A stretch of 54,214 bases of DNA. It comes from Thermoplasmatota archaeon (GTDB lineage Archaea; Thermoplasmatota; E2; JACPAO01; JAHFTW01). This document shows positions 38,088 to 47,659 of the stretch, one piece after another. A program made the position numbers and the translations under genes. The notes below the pieces were generated by a model. That model ran no database searches and was not told the DNA's origin. It saw only the letters and a list, made by a program, of their open reading frames with translations. Numbering within the stretch: the first letter of the stretch is position 1; every line of letters starts with the position of its first letter. Where the stretch lies: the NCBI GenBank assembly GCA_041601615.1, contig JBFIHX010000017.1, positions 1 through 54,214 of the forward strand, in the 5' to 3' direction.

Positions 38088-38876
38088 TCATGCGCCCTTG
38101 AATTCCGGCTTGCGCTTGTCCAAAAATGCGCGCATGCCCTCTTCTTGATCCTGGGTCCCGAAGATGGCGCCGAAGGCGGTTGCCTCCATGGCAATGGCGT
38201 CTTCGAGGGGCATGTCGAGGCCCACGTCCACGAGTCGTTTGCATTCGGACACGGCCATGGGGCCGTTTTTGAGCATCGAGCCAAGCAGGGCGCGCGCTTC
38301 ATCCATAAGGTCGTCGGGGTCGACCACTGCGTCCACGAGGCCGATGCGCAGGGCTTCTTGGGCCTTGATCATCTCGCCGGTAAACAACAACCGCTTGGCC
38401 ATGCCTGGTCCGACGCGGCGTGGAAGTCGCTGCGTGCCGCCAAAGCCTGGTACCACGGCGAGCGTGGTTTCGGGAAGGCCTAGGCGTGCTTTTTCGGAGG
38501 CCAGGAGAATGTCGCAGGCCATGGCCAGTTCTAGGCCACCGCCCAGTGCAAAGCCATTGATGGCTGCCACCACGGGGCCGGGGAAATCTGCCAGCGCCTG
38601 GAACGCTTGTTGGCCGCGGCGGCTGAAGGTTTCTGCTTCTGCGGGGCCAAAATCGACCATTTGCGCGATGTCTGCGCCGGCCACGAACGCTTTTTCTCCG
38701 GCACCTGTGAGGAGAATTCCTCGCGTGGCGGCGGGTAGATGTTCTACGGCGGAGCGAATGCCGTCAAGCACATCGCTGTTGAGGGCGTTGAGTGCGTGGG
38801 GGCGATTGATCGTAATGGTGGCGATGCCGTCCTCGACACGGGCAACGACGACGGGTTCGGTGGCAGATTCGCTCAT
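38088..38876 (-). CDS. Enoyl-CoA hydratase/isomerase
   Basis: NRPHALNAL, AFVAGADI, ALGGGLELAMACD, PGFGGTQRL. Confidence 0.95.
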   Translation of the reverse strand: MSESATEPVVVARVEDGIATITINRPHALNALNSDVLDGIRSAVEHLPAATRGILLTGAGEKAFVAGADIAQMVDFGPAEAETFSRRGQQAFQALADFPGPVVAAINGFALGGGLELAMACDILLASEKARLGLPETTLAVVPGFGGTQRLPRRVGPGMAKRLLFTGEMIKAQEALRIGLVDAVVDPDDLMDEARALLGSMLKNGPMAVSECKRLVDVGLDMPLEDAIAMEATAFGAIFGTQDQEEGMRAFLDKRKPEFKGA

Positions 38877-38993
38877 GTGGGCCGCCAACTGCGAAGGGAA
38901 CTTATCCGTTCGGGACCGAAGCCGCACGGTCTTCTTGGGTAGCAAAAGGGTGAATCGGCTTTTGGGGCCTGGTCTGTCTCTTGCTTCGTTTTT

Positions 38994-39782
38994 ATGCCCC
39001 GTCCTGCCCGCATTCCACGTCGCTACGATGCCGCCGTCGGTGCCGGGGCTGCCATCCATCCCTTGCTGAAGACCCCGCACGACAAGGGTTTGGTGCGTCG
39101 CGCCGCGTACCGATTCAATTTCAGCGACACGATTCGGTTGTGGGGTTTCGAGTTGAAGGTTCCGGCGCACCGGATGGCGCCGCATTGGCTCTGGCAAGTA
39201 CGGACCCAGAGCTACGAGCAAGACGAGGCAAGTGCCTTGCTTTGCTGCATTGATCGTCGGCTGCCGTTCGTGGAGTTTGGCGGCGGGTTTGGAGCGGTGA
39301 GTGTGCTTGTGAATCGGCACGCATTGGACCATCCGGAGCAACACGTGGTCATCGAGATGGACCCGGAAATGGTCGAGTATTTGGTGCGCAATGGCGATCA
39401 AAACAATGCCTGTTACGAAGTGATTCACGCGGCAGTTTCTGATCGACCCGTGCAGATGGACCCGCGCCAGGATTTCATCGGCCAACAAGCGACCGCCGCC
39501 GGCACCGTGGTGGTCCCGAACATCACACCCCTGGAGGTGCTGGCTCGCCGCGGCTGGGATCGCGTCAACGTGTTCATGGACATTGAGGGTATGGAGGTCG
39601 AGCTACTGGATGCGTTCTCGGAGTTCTTTCGAGATCATGTGGAGGTTTTGGTGCTGGAAACACACGGACACAAGACAGACACGGACCGCATTGCCCGTCT
39701 GCCCAACCAATTGCTGGCGCTCGGCCTCGAACCCATTTGGACGCGCAATCGAGTCTGGGCCTACCGTCGTAAAGTCGAATAG
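38994..39782 (+). CDS. FkbM-like SAM methyltransferase
   Basis: VEFGGGFG, MDIEGME, LETH. Confidence 0.8.
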   Translation: MPRPARIPRRYDAAVGAGAAIHPLLKTPHDKGLVRRAAYRFNFSDTIRLWGFELKVPAHRMAPHWLWQVRTQSYEQDEASALLCCIDRRLPFVEFGGGFGAVSVLVNRHALDHPEQHVVIEMDPEMVEYLVRNGDQNNACYEVIHAAVSDRPVQMDPRQDFIGQQATAAGTVVVPNITPLEVLARRGWDRVNVFMDIEGMEVELLDAFSEFFRDHVEVLVLETHGHKTDTDRIARLPNQLLALGLEPIWTRNRVWAYRRKVE

Positions 39783-39914
39783 GGGCTTGCTTCGCGCACA
39801 ACTGGTCGGCTACCGGGAATGACGCAATCTTGTGGGGCACGCGGGCCCATAGGAGCGTAGGCCCCAGTCCGACACCGTGAAGCCCCCGCGCCTTCATAGG
39901 GGGCCTCCGCCACC

Positions 39915-41027
39915 ATGGCCGTCGACATCGTAGCGCTCGCATTGAGCTTCATTGAGCAGTATGGGCTGATTGCGATCTTCATCTTGCTCGTGCTCGACGG
40001 CGCGTTGCTTTTGCCGGTGTTTCCAGGCGAGATTGTCTTGATCATGGCGGTCGCGGTGTATGCCACGGACATCAATGGCTTGCTCATGCTGATTGCGCTC
40101 ACGAGCGCCGCCGGACTGCTTGGCGCCTTGCTGTTGTATTCGATTACACGCGGCGGCGGGCGGCGGCTCGTGGAGCGGTACCCGGGCTTTTTCATGATGC
40201 CGCGCAAGCGACGCGAACGCCTGGAGCGCGCCTTCCAACGCCCCATCGGCCAGAGCCTCGTGTTGTTCCTGCGTCTGTTTCCTCTCACGCGTGTGCTGGT
40301 AAGTATCCCGGCGGGCTTGGCGCGTATGAAGTTCGTGCGGTTCGTGGTGCTAAGCTCCATGGGGCTTGTGCTCTACCACGCGGGTTTCCTATGGTTTGCG
40401 TACGAAGCGAGGCGACCCGAAAGCACCATCGCAACACAGGCGACCCAGCTGAAAGACGCCTACGCCAATCCGGCCTGGAACTTCGTGGAGGCCAACACCA
40501 TCATCGCAGGCGCCGCGATTCTCCTGCTGGGCGCCATATTGTCCGTGCGTGCCTCCCGTGCCATGCTCAAAGACCATGAGGAGAGCGCCGGTTCACTCTT
40601 GGGCCTCGCAGCAACACTTTCGCTCTTTTGGGGAGGCATTGCGCTCGCGATTGCGACCTACATGGATCCGGAGACCGTGTATGGCCTCGTGCGGCTTGGC
40701 GGTGTCAACATCCATTCCGTGGCAGCTCGCTTAGGATTCGGCCCCGTGCAGGTGCTGTTTGTGGTCGCGGCCCTCTCTGTGGTGCTCGGCTACACCATTG
40801 CATTGTATCGGCGAGCTGCCAAGGTGCAGCGCAAGGAGGCCCTCGCGGTGCAGAAAGCATTGGAGCGGGAGAAGGGAATGCATCCTCGAGGCATCGTGGG
40901 CTATGAGGACCGCATCACGGCAGGGCCGCCAACGTCGCGCCAGCCGCCACAGGGTGGGCCCGAGAGGCCAGTGGAATTTTCCAGGAGCGACTCGGAAATC
41001 CGTGATTCTGGTTTGTCGCCTCCGTGA
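39915..41027 (+). CDS. DedA/VTT-domain membrane protein with C-terminal extension
   Basis: LPVFPGE, LRLFP..R..VSIPAGLARM. Confidence 0.88.
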   Translation: MAVDIVALALSFIEQYGLIAIFILLVLDGALLLPVFPGEIVLIMAVAVYATDINGLLMLIALTSAAGLLGALLLYSITRGGGRRLVERYPGFFMMPRKRRERLERAFQRPIGQSLVLFLRLFPLTRVLVSIPAGLARMKFVRFVVLSSMGLVLYHAGFLWFAYEARRPESTIATQATQLKDAYANPAWNFVEANTIIAGAAILLLGAILSVRASRAMLKDHEESAGSLLGLAATLSLFWGGIALAIATYMDPETVYGLVRLGGVNIHSVAARLGFGPVQVLFVVAALSVVLGYTIALYRRAAKVQRKEALAVQKALEREKGMHPRGIVGYEDRITAGPPTSRQPPQGGPERPVEFSRSDSEIRDSGLSPP

Positions 41028-41049
41028 AGCACGAAGTCGGCCCTGCAGC

Positions 41050-41451
41050 CTAAGCGCCCAAGGCAAAGCTCCAGGGTTCTGCCACCGACAGGAGCGCCAA
41101 AGCGGCACCAAGCAGCGCGGTGTTCTTCATGAAGGCGGTCTGCTCCGACATTTTGGCCATGGCATCCGTTTCCTTCCAGAATCCGTGCATGGTGGGTGTA
41201 ACGCCGATCAAGAACAGCGCCAGCAGCGCGAGGCCGACGCGGGGCTCAAAGCCGAGCAGTACGCTCAAGCTTCCAACGAGCAGGAGGGCACCGGTGCCGT
41301 ACACAGCGAGTGCCGGGGCTGGGATTCCCTTCATGCGGGCGTAGCCGATCATGTTCTTGCCTTGCAGGAAGTGATTGAGGGCAGACATCAGAAACACGCC
41401 GCCAAGGGCGATGCGTCCGATGAGCAACAGCATGTCGAGTGTGTTGGACAT
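41050..41451 (-). CDS. DoxX family protein
   Basis: GRIALGGVF, MHGFW, FMKNTALLG. Confidence 0.9.
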   Translation of the reverse strand: MSNTLDMLLLIGRIALGGVFLMSALNHFLQGKNMIGYARMKGIPAPALAVYGTGALLLVGSLSVLLGFEPRVGLALLALFLIGVTPTMHGFWKETDAMAKMSEQTAFMKNTALLGAALALLSVAEPWSFALGA

Positions 41452-41581
41452 GCATCAAGCTACACATTCTATAGTCATATACTATCGAGTCAGGATTGGA
41501 GGAGGCGCTCCGCCCGCTAGAAGCCTATCCTCAACGCAGGACCGACCCATTGATATAGAACGAATAGCCACATACTTCTCA

Positions 41582-41920
41582 ATGGATAGCGAAGCGACTT
41601 CTGGTTGCCAAGTGGGCCAACTCTTCAAGCTGCTTTCACGGCCCCACATGCTCGACATTCTCCACCAGTGTCAGGTCGCCGACGGCCCCTTGCGTTTCAA
41701 CGAATTGCAGACCCGGCTCCAAATCAGCCCCAACACGCTCAGCACCCGGCTCCGTGCCCTCGTCGAGCACGGCTTCCTGACCCGCACCGCCTTCAACGAA
41801 ATTCCACCCCGCGTCGAATACCACCCCACCGCAGGCGCACGCGACCTCGAACGCTTGTTTGAAGCGCTCAGCGACTGGGCCGCCACGCACAAACTCCAAC
41901 CCGTCCTCGTCTCAGCGTAG
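41582..41920 (+). CDS. HxlR-family winged HTH regulator
   Basis: N-terminal Cys, RFNEL, ISPNTLSTRL, EIPPRVEY; divergent from DoxX. Confidence 0.92.
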   Translation: MDSEATSGCQVGQLFKLLSRPHMLDILHQCQVADGPLRFNELQTRLQISPNTLSTRLRALVEHGFLTRTAFNEIPPRVEYHPTAGARDLERLFEALSDWAATHKLQPVLVSA

Positions 41921-42033
41921 CGTCGCCCCCGCGCCCGGCTGGGCCTCCACCAACACCCAATTCTCGCCCGTTTCCTGCACGGAAAACGACATCCACGCCA
42001 CCGTGCGTGGCACGACCGACGGGCCGAAGGCGA

Positions 42034-42633
42034 CTACACTACAACCGAAAGCCGAGCCAACTCCTGCTCAATCAACGCCAACAACTCAGGCAGCAACGCA
42101 TCCGCATCCTCCTGCTCCCACGCAAAATCATCCGTCTCCGTCCCATCCGGATTGACAAGATCGCCCATCACATCATTGTCCTCCTCCTCAAAATACGTCA
42201 TCGTCAACTGCGTAGGCTTCAACCAATGAGGCACACGCGCCGGCAAAGAATACGCCTTGCCCGCACCCTGCACATGCGTGAATTTTGTCAACGAATACGA
42301 AGCGCCGGCAAAGAAACGCGTGCCGCCCGCGTCCGCCACGGCCCGATACGTATAATGCTCCATCTCCCCCGCGAGCACCGTGCCACGAATCTCGCCACCA
42401 TGGAAATGAATCGTGCCATAAAACGCGTCACTAAACGAACAATAACCCGGATGATAGACATGGATGTACCGACACATCCCATCCCGCTTCGGCAAACCCC
42501 ACTTCAACATGTCCCCATACTCATCCATCGAAGCCATACCACGATCAAGGAGCACCGCCTTGGCTTCTAGCAAGAGCTCGGTGAGGCGGGCAGGAGTGGC
42601 CTGGTGCTCCTGCAAAGGATGGAACTCGAGCAT
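42034..42633 (-). CDS. Hypothetical cupin-like protein
   Basis: IHFH..G.VLAGEMEH and downstream VPHW metal-site pattern. Confidence 0.6.
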   Translation of the reverse strand: MLEFHPLQEHQATPARLTELLLEAKAVLLDRGMASMDEYGDMLKWGLPKRDGMCRYIHVYHPGYCSFSDAFYGTIHFHGGEIRGTVLAGEMEHYTYRAVADAGGTRFFAGASYSLTKFTHVQGAGKAYSLPARVPHWLKPTQLTMTYFEEEDNDVMGDLVNPDGTETDDFAWEQEDADALLPELLALIEQELARLSVVV

Positions 42634-42803
42634 GGGGCCTCTTGGGTGGAGGGGGCGGTTTTTGGGTATAGAGGTATGGGAAGTTGGCATGATGCCCACA
42701 GGCAAAGGTTGGGCTCCGAATCTGCCATGGGACAGACAATATATGCCTCAAGGAAATTCTCCGAGGCCGCAATCCGCTAGCAAAATGCAGCGGGAGATAG
42801 AGA

Positions 42804-42818
42804 ATAGCGGGGGATAGA
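42804..42818 (+). repeat. 15-bp direct repeat, left copy (ATAGCGGGGGATAGA)
   Basis: Identical to 52261-52275. Confidence 0.85.
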
Positions 42819-43044
42819 CTTCCTCTGGTTGGACGCCCGTTTGGGTGGCTTTTCCTTCTTTTCCCATTCCGCCTACGCCGCCAGCACCAACCGCGTTCAT
42901 CTCAACCCCATAGCGAAACGCTGCCGTGTAGCTTGAAAGCGCCTCTCGCGGCGTCCCACCCGGGCTTTGTCTTCCGTCCGTCGTGGCCGGGGGGTTTCCA
43001 ATTATACCCCGGCCATCCACAAAGCCCATGGGCAATACTGCAGC

Positions 43045-43557
43045 ATGACCGGCGTGAAGACGATTGCTGCCGTGACGTTTGTGCTCCTTCTGATATCAGG
43101 TTGTGCGAGTCCTGGCGTGCCCTCGGAACAAGCCACCCCTGCAGACCCGGCACCGTGGGCACCCGTCGAGGCCACCCTGGAGCGAACCGCCAACCACGTC
43201 TCAACATGCATCGTGGCAAACAACCGGATGGGCGGCGGTACGAATGCCGTACTAGATGTGGATGTCCCGGAAAACGCCACCGGGGCCGTCGTGGAACTCA
43301 CATGGACGGCGGGCAACCCCACGGAAGAGGACCTCCACTTCGAGTTGCGTTCCCGTGCCGTGGCGCGCGTCGATGCACGAACCCACGGGACCAGCCCACT
43401 GCGCTGGGAGATCGATGGCGAGAGCATCGAGACGCGCTGGGGCGGCCACGAACTCCAGCTCGTAGACCCCTACTGCGGAAACTCTGGCAAGACCTTGGGA
43501 GTCTCCGTGCAGCAGGACCTTGTCGTCACGGTTCTCCTCACGTTCAGCGCGGATTGA
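43045..43557 (+). CDS. Hypothetical lipoprotein
   Basis: Lipobox ISGC; beta-rich domain. Confidence 0.72.
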   Translation: MTGVKTIAAVTFVLLLISGCASPGVPSEQATPADPAPWAPVEATLERTANHVSTCIVANNRMGGGTNAVLDVDVPENATGAVVELTWTAGNPTEEDLHFELRSRAVARVDARTHGTSPLRWEIDGESIETRWGGHELQLVDPYCGNSGKTLGVSVQQDLVVTVLLTFSAD

Positions 43558-43855
43558 ACTAGACTGGATGCTGCGGATTGCCGTCCGAGATTGCTAGGCG
43601 TCCCGCGACACTCGCATCCGACTCTGGGGTGGGTTCTAACAAGGCTCCGACGAGACGCGAGCACGGATCCGTCAGCATCATGTCGTCTTCGTCCTCACGC
43701 CAGGAACCGCTGGAAGAGGACATACACTCGCGCGCCAGCATCGGAACCTTGAGGGGCCCGGGAGGCCAAACAATAGGACGGCATACAGGAAGAAAAGAAC
43801 TGGAATCGAATTACCTGGGAGTCGGAGGAAGAAGGGGTGAGAGGGGTGGGGGTCT

Positions 43856-44203
43856 TCAGTCGAAGAACTTGTACAGCGCGGCCAAATCGAAGCACTCGAT
43901 GAAGTGGACATCATCGTCATCGTCGGTCCAGCTCGCATCACTGCCGCCGCTGCTCCATTCGACGCTGCAGTACTCGTAGGTACCCGTGTCGTCCTTGTGT
44001 TCGCCCTCGAAGTAGCAGACGTAGCCATCGGTGGTCTGACTGCAAAAGTAGTGGCGGATGCCGCCGAGGCCGGTGAAGGGAATCTCCGGCGTGTCGAGGA
44101 CGAGTCCGGTCTGAACTGGGCTCTCGTCGGCGCTTACGGAAGGTGCTGCGACCAAGGCCGCGATCAGTAGGCTGGTTCCGAGAAACAGGGTCTTTGTTTT
44201 CAT
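43856..44203 (-). CDS. Small acidic secreted protein (4 Cys)
   Basis: MKTKTLFLGTSLLIAALVAAPSVSA signal; downstream pyrimidine tract on minus strand. Confidence 0.7.
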   Translation of the reverse strand: MKTKTLFLGTSLLIAALVAAPSVSADESPVQTGLVLDTPEIPFTGLGGIRHYFCSQTTDGYVCYFEGEHKDDTGTYEYCSVEWSSGGSDASWTDDDDDVHFIECFDLAALYKFFD

Positions 44204-44516
44204 GGTATCACGGGCGGCTGGAGGCCGCCGACGGTCCATCGCCCTTGGATACAAAGTCCCATGCGCTGACCACCACCCAATTGGTTCCCGGGTCGTCCAG
44301 GGACGGGCTTGCAGCAGGTGTCCGAGCATCCGCTTCCCCCGTCTCCACCCCTGCTCGACACGCGAGCCTACCTGCGACGAAGTGGATTGCTTGGCCCGTG
44401 CAAGTTCGACCCCCTTGACACGGGCCTATGCCATCGCGTTCAGGAATCAAGCGCTGCCAAAAAAGGCAATCAAAGGATAAAGAGGGAGAAGGGAGGAATC
44501 TGGCACAGGCGGCTGC

Positions 44517-46001
44517 TCAGACCTCTACGACTTCGACGTCAAAGACGGGGTCGGCCTGCAAAACGGCTCGCTCGGCGTCAGTGAGTAGAGCGCCCCTCAT
44601 GTCGGCAACAAGAGAATTGGACCGGTCCCAGTCCGCCGTTGCTTCCAGAACAATCTGCTCCTGGAGTGCAACGAGGTCAGCGAGCAACTGCTCGTGCAAG
44701 TCGCCCTGAATATCCGAGAGACGGACTCTCAGGATGTCGCCTCGGGAGATGGTGCCTACGTGCTCGAGGGGTTGGCGGAACTCCTGGTTCAACACTCGGG
44801 TCGCCTCCTCATCGCAGGTCGAGCTGTGTGCCTCTAGGGCGACGTTTGCGCTCATACCGGTCACGGCAATGAATGCGTCCGATTCGGCGGTGGCGCAGCG
44901 GTTCTCATCGAGGGTCTGCAAGGCCAATCGGGGGCCGCACACACGGGTGCCGGAGGTGAGGGTCGTCGTGCATGTCTTGGGAGTGGGCGATGTCTGCCTA
45001 TCCCCGACGGTAGTCTTTACGACAATGTCGGAGTGACTGGCCTGCCCGGCGGAGACCGTTACGCCGCCTGCTGAGGCGAAACTGAAGGACGCCTCGACCT
45101 TCGCGTTGGCTACCGGGACGCCGAGGAGGCGCGCACCTGCGTCGGCGGAGACCGTGGCGCTGACGGCGGCAACAATGGCCCCCGCACAGCCGTTGTCGAG
45201 CAGGGTGCAGACGACGTCTCCATCCGATTCGCCCCCGCCGTCAACTCCGACGGGCCCCACTACCGTCGCGTCCGTGTCATCCGGGAGCACCCCGAGAGCC
45301 AACTGGTTCAGGCGATCCTCGCGGGCCTGCCTGCCCTGCAGGAACTGCGACAGATTGGGCGCCTCAGTCCAGGATATGGTGACGGTCTTGCACGCCGGTC
45401 CCGAGAAGAACTTGCGCGCGGAAGGGGAGACTGTGGAAGGCACAGCGTCCTCTTGGGGTGCGTTGATGGCGCGCACGTCCGGGTCGATGCACACGTCCAC
45501 CTTCTTTGGGCGACCGTTGACGCCGCTTTCTCCACCTGCCGGCGTCCGAGTCTTGGTCCCTCCGTCCGCCGTGCAGCCGGCGACGAGCACTCCGTCGTAC
45601 TCGCAGGAATCGACCTCCTTGTATGCACTTCCTGTGTCGGGCCTGTGTTCGAGGATGACGCGTCGCAGTGTACTCTCTCCGCCCGTTACTCGCAGGTCCA
45701 TGTTCGTGACATCGCACTCGTAGGACCAGATGACATCAGGCTCCTGCTCTAGGTCGCTGCTCAGAAGGATGACGGCAACGACTGCAACGACGATGAGCAC
45801 GGGGTGGGTGCGCTGGTCGGCGGCCTGCATAAGAGCGCTGGCGTCGCCGTAATGGTATTCGCCGATACACACGGCTCCCGTGACGTCGCCCGTGATCGGG
45901 CTCAGGGTGCCGGCAGGCAGCACGGCGGCGGACGAGGCGGGCATTAGCAGTAACAGTACGGTTACGGCGGCAAGTACAGGTTTCAGGTTTCGATGGGTCA
46001 T
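44517..46001 (-). CDS. Large secreted protein (12 Cys) with internal hydrophobic segment
   Basis: Signal MTHRNLKPVLAAVTVLLLLMPASSA; VLIVVAVVAVILL segment; paired Cys. Confidence 0.72.
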   Translation of the reverse strand: MTHRNLKPVLAAVTVLLLLMPASSAAVLPAGTLSPITGDVTGAVCIGEYHYGDASALMQAADQRTHPVLIVVAVVAVILLSSDLEQEPDVIWSYECDVTNMDLRVTGGESTLRRVILEHRPDTGSAYKEVDSCEYDGVLVAGCTADGGTKTRTPAGGESGVNGRPKKVDVCIDPDVRAINAPQEDAVPSTVSPSARKFFSGPACKTVTISWTEAPNLSQFLQGRQAREDRLNQLALGVLPDDTDATVVGPVGVDGGGESDGDVVCTLLDNGCAGAIVAAVSATVSADAGARLLGVPVANAKVEASFSFASAGGVTVSAGQASHSDIVVKTTVGDRQTSPTPKTCTTTLTSGTRVCGPRLALQTLDENRCATAESDAFIAVTGMSANVALEAHSSTCDEEATRVLNQEFRQPLEHVGTISRGDILRVRLSDIQGDLHEQLLADLVALQEQIVLEATADWDRSNSLVADMRGALLTDAERAVLQADPVFDVEVVEV

Positions 46002-46129
46002 GTTCAACACCGCTCCAATGGGAGCAGTCCACCATTGGGTTGAACGGCATAGTCCGATTGGTCGGCCACGGCACGGATTGCTTCCTTGCCAGCTAGAGGG
46101 TTTATGTTGCGATGAGGCGACTGTCTGGC

Positions 46130-46993
46130 ATGGAACCCCGAACATCCCTGCTGGTGCCCTTGCTCGTGCTCGCTCTTGCGGGCTGCGTCCAGGACACGAA
46201 CGAAGCGGACACCGTGACCCCACCCCCTGAACCCGACTTACTGGTCGTGACGCGGGACGGGGCCCGGCTGGAGGCGGAGGGAGACCAAGGTTGGTTGCTT
46301 GTCTTCGTGTCGGTAGAAGAACAGGGTGGCGTTGGCGTGGATTACCTGCTAGAATACGACATGCCATCCGGGGGGCTCTTGGTCAGGCCGTCCGTAATGT
46401 CCAATTGGCAAACAGACCGAGCGTCCCTTTCTGGGACCAACATTGATTGGATTCCACCGACACCCACCGATTCCATCGACGGTCTCTACACCACGAGCGC
46501 CATGACCGGGCACCTCGTCGTGGGCGTCGCGAGTCCCGGCCCCTGGTCCATCCGACTCGACCTCAAGACCAATGCCACCCTCGGCGCGAGCACCCTGTGG
46601 CGCGGCAACGACACCCGGATGGAACACGCCGAAGGCCTGACCGACGCGACCGGCGGGCGAGTCCTCCGGTTCCAGACAGAGGTGGAGGCCGAGGGCTGGA
46701 CGCACTTCCATGTCCAGGACGACTGGGTGGTCAAGACCGGAGCCCACCGTACTGACATTCGATTCCCCAACGGGTTCCAGTACAGCATGTCCGGGCACCA
46801 ATTGCCGGCAGGTGGCAGCACCGGCGCCCATGACTTCTTCGGCACTCTCGCCGACATGCCAGGAACCTTCCAGGCGGACCTGGAGCGGCTGGGTGCCTCA
46901 ACCAGCCTGGATGCCTGGTTCCTGCACATGTCTGGTGGCACACCACGGCCATCGTTCCTCGACCCGGGAGGGTATTTGGAGCACTACATCTGA
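46130..46993 (+). CDS. Hypothetical lipoprotein
   Basis: Lipobox LAGC; TTTATG TATA-like element ~28 nt upstream. Confidence 0.75.
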   Translation: MEPRTSLLVPLLVLALAGCVQDTNEADTVTPPPEPDLLVVTRDGARLEAEGDQGWLLVFVSVEEQGGVGVDYLLEYDMPSGGLLVRPSVMSNWQTDRASLSGTNIDWIPPTPTDSIDGLYTTSAMTGHLVVGVASPGPWSIRLDLKTNATLGASTLWRGNDTRMEHAEGLTDATGGRVLRFQTEVEAEGWTHFHVQDDWVVKTGAHRTDIRFPNGFQYSMSGHQLPAGGSTGAHDFFGTLADMPGTFQADLERLGASTSLDAWFLHMSGGTPRPSFLDPGGYLEHYI

Positions 46994-47416
46994 CCCTATG
47001 TTTGCCCGAATGAGGTGATAGCGAGGGTGGTATCCGTCGTCCGACCCGACCGCGCCCGCCTCCGCCAGGTCCCGCAGCAACCCCCTAAGCTGCTTGGTGC
47101 CCAATCCCGTGCGGCGCGACAACGCCGCCGGACCAAGATCACCTCTGGCCAATGCCCGGACTACGCGCTGCGCCTCCGGGCGGACGAGCGTCCAGTCCCC
47201 TCCGACACCTGCCAGCTGGTGCGGCGTGGCGAAGTGCATGCGGTGGCCGATGTGACGGGCGCGGAGGTGACCGGAAGCAGAGAGCACACGGACATGATGC
47301 CCCACGGTACCCCAGGAGAGACCAAGGCGCCGACACAGCTCCATCTTGTGGACCCCTGGCCTGGACAAGATTACTTCCAGGGTTCGACGCGCGTTCGGAT
47401 TGAGCAAGCAAGTCAT
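46898..47416 (-). CDS. Tandem winged HTH transcriptional regulator
   Basis: PGVHKMELCRRLGLSWGTVGHHVRVL plus second HTH; 3' end overlaps the convergent lipoprotein gene. Confidence 0.75.
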   Translation of the reverse strand: MTCLLNPNARRTLEVILSRPGVHKMELCRRLGLSWGTVGHHVRVLSASGHLRARHIGHRMHFATPHQLAGVGGDWTLVRPEAQRVVRALARGDLGPAALSRRTGLGTKQLRGLLRDLAEAGAVGSDDGYHPRYHLIRANIGSDVVLQIPSRVEERWPWCATRHVQEPGIQAG

Positions 47417-47659
47417 GACTGATAAGGATTCGACGCAAGTATATGGGGACTATGACCTCTCGATTGGAAACACCTATCGACGCACACATCACCACCCATA
47501 TTGTTCGCCAAGGTTGCGCTCTGAGAGATTATGCAATATGGAGTTGATGGGCGTTCGCAATCCCGCATGGTCGATTTGTCACTACTCATCCACAAGGCTT
47601 ACAACTACTCCAGTCGCCTGGCGACCGAGCACCGAAACCATTCCTGGAAGCGCCCAATC

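Noticed and set aside
41912-41992. 26-codon minus-strand ORF MSFSVQETGENWVLVEAQPGAGATLR
   Set aside because: Too short, overlaps the HxlR stop, and has no supporting signal.
42789-42803. Similarity of GCGGGAGATAG to the 5' end of tRNA-Cys, as a possible att site
   Set aside because: Short and imperfect, in the opposite orientation, and at the 5' rather than 3' end of the tRNA.
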